From positions 3,286,001-3,350,000 of the forward strand of contig JBHGNT010000010.1 of assembly GCA_043228905.1 (NCBI GenBank): DNA of 64,000 nt, given 5' to 3'. Both the position numbers and the translations under genes were made by a program. This stretch comes from Azolla caroliniana (taxonomy: Eukaryota; Plantae; Polypodiophyta). The notes beneath the pieces were generated by a model. That model had not been told where the DNA came from, ran no database searches, and saw only the letters and a program-made list of their open reading frames with translations. Every line of letters begins with the position of its first letter. Position 1 is the first letter of the stretch. Shown here in pieces: positions 62,160 to 64,000 of this stretch.

Positions 62160-62904
62160 TAAATCAATGTTTTGTTATTAAAACAAGATGATAATACAAC
62201 CCTTGCTATGTTCACTACATCATGAGTAGTGATAATGCATGGGAAACCCTCTCAAGTGTTGCAAAACTAGATTGCATACCTCTATCTCCTCTCAAGACAA
62301 TGTCCCCAGACAACATAGTTGCGAAAATTGCCACATCAATTTCCCTTTCATCCTACGGAGTTGTTGTGTTACCCCATGAAGTCCATCAAACAAGAACCCA
62401 TTTCTCATGGTCCAATTAAACCACACCCCCCAATACCTAAGGTAGTCAAACACGACCTTATATGATAGTGCAGGCATGCCTTTATCATCATCAATAAAAA
62501 CCCAGTTAAAAGGTGACAAAATATTGCCTGTTATCGATGCCCAAAGTTGTGATATAACAACCTAAATGTCTTTAGCAACCGGACATGTAATGAACCTGTA
62601 TCTGGCATCTTCCTCAATCATTGTGCAAAGGCAACCCCCCCATTTGAAATATTTCGACGTTTTAAAGCCATCGCCAAAGGCAACCCACCAACAATCAGAC
62701 GCCAAAGAAACACCTGCACAGAACAGAAGATGAGACAACCATCCTGCATCCAGAACTCTACTCCACCACTTTGCATGTCGAGTAATGTACCATGTGTTTA
62801 CAACCTTTGTTGCTAACCAAGCTCTATCTTCAACCAACTTATGGTATACATCATTAGTGTTCACCACAAAAATTGATTGTCCAATACCAAACGACCAATC
62901 TTCA
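62160..62904 (-). mobile_element. 5'-truncated LINE 3' end, copy A
   Basis: zf-RVT-like C.LC...EEDARYRFITC and VVFDYLRYWG. Its 3' UTR is shared with copy B. Confidence 0.75.
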
Positions 62905-62917
62905 TCTCTCTCTCTCT

Positions 62918-63513
62918 TAAATCAATGTTTGTCTTTCAACAAGATGATAATACAACCCTTGCTATCTTCACTACTTCATAAATAGTGATAGTGCAAGGGA
63001 AACCCTCTCAAGTGTTGTAAAACTAGGTGACATAAGTTTATCTCCTCTTGGGACAACGTCCCCATACAACATACTTGTGAAAATTGTCAAATCAACTTCC
63101 CTTTCATCCTATGGAGTTGTTGTGTCACTCCATGAAGTTCATCAAACAAGAACCCATTTCTCATGGTCCAATCAAACCACATGCCCTAATATCGAAGGTA
63201 GTCAAACACAACCTTATATGATGGTGTGGACATAGCTTTACCCTCATCAATAAAAACCCACTTATAAGGTGACAAAATATTTCCTGTTATCGATGCCCAA
63301 ATTTGTGATCTAATCACCCAAGTGGCTTTAGCAACCAGACATGTAATGAACCTATGTTTGGCATCATCTTCAACCACCGTACATAAAAAACATGTCCCAT
63401 TCAAAATATATCTTCGTTTTAAGGCCATCGCCAAAGGCAACCCACCAACTATCGCACACCAAAGAAACATATTTGCACAAAATGGAAGATGAGATTGCCA
63501 TCTTGCATCTAAA
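62918..63513 (-). mobile_element. 5'-truncated LINE 3' end, copy B
   Basis: CFLCTVVEDDAKHRFITC...VVFDYLRY, colinear with copy A. Confidence 0.75.
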
Positions 63514-64000
63514 ACTCTCTCTCTCTCTCTCTCTCTAACTTGGGCTTGATGTTCCCCCCAATCCACCATGGAATGAATACGTTACTACACCCTCCCCCCA
63601 CGTAGAAGCAAGAGTGACAACTTAATATGTATCGGAGAACATATCTAATGATAGAGAAACTAAATGTTGGGTTCTCAAGGAATACCTCTTTGACACATAT
63701 GTAACATTGGTGCTTCTCTACTGGGTTGTGGTTTGAATGATAACATCCCTAAGTCTACTTGGAAAGATTTAAAAAGTGTCCAAAAGCTCTTTCATTAGAA
63801 GTTTCTTCAAGTCAAACCATAAACTCCATACATGGACTTACTACTTGAGATTGGATCAATTTCCATTGAGATCATGTCCATGAAAGGGTTACCAAATACA
63901 TGATTACTCTCACATCAACTTCCTAGGATTGCATGGGAACAAGCAAAAATATTCAAAACACGCAAAAGTAAAGCGTTGGGTTTTGAATGGATGCATTATA

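Overview
This is eukaryotic, intron-rich land-plant nuclear DNA, AT-rich outside one GC-rich retroelement. The PLS-type PPR remnants and TE types suggest a fern or other non-seed plant (inference). Four host genes were rebuilt by hand from splice sites: ARL1 (-, 8 exons, 182 aa), the GPI-transamidase subunit PIG-S (-, 13 exons, 629 aa), a LYAR-type zinc-finger protein (-, last exon uncertain) and a DRIP/BMI1-like RING-RAWUL protein (+, 513 aa) with upstream ORFs. The most striking object is a very young 9.9-kb non-chromovirus Ty3/gypsy element (541-10415, minus strand) inserted in a decayed PPR gene. It has 419-bp LTRs that differ at one base and a GTAGA target-site duplication. It carries three CCHC knuckles, a single gag-pol frame cut by two in-frame stops, a tandem-duplicated PBS, no polypurine tract next to the 3' LTR, and a large extra sense ORF (transposon-type N-terminal domain plus long coiled coil) after pol. 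Introns and intergenic spaces hold a truncated copia with a nested Mutator-like MITE, hAT-like non-autonomous elements (one with tRNA-like Pol III boxes), LINE and gypsy remnants, and several local tandem duplications. I see no CRISPR array, rRNA or intact tRNA. No database searches were run; family assignments rest on motif recognition.
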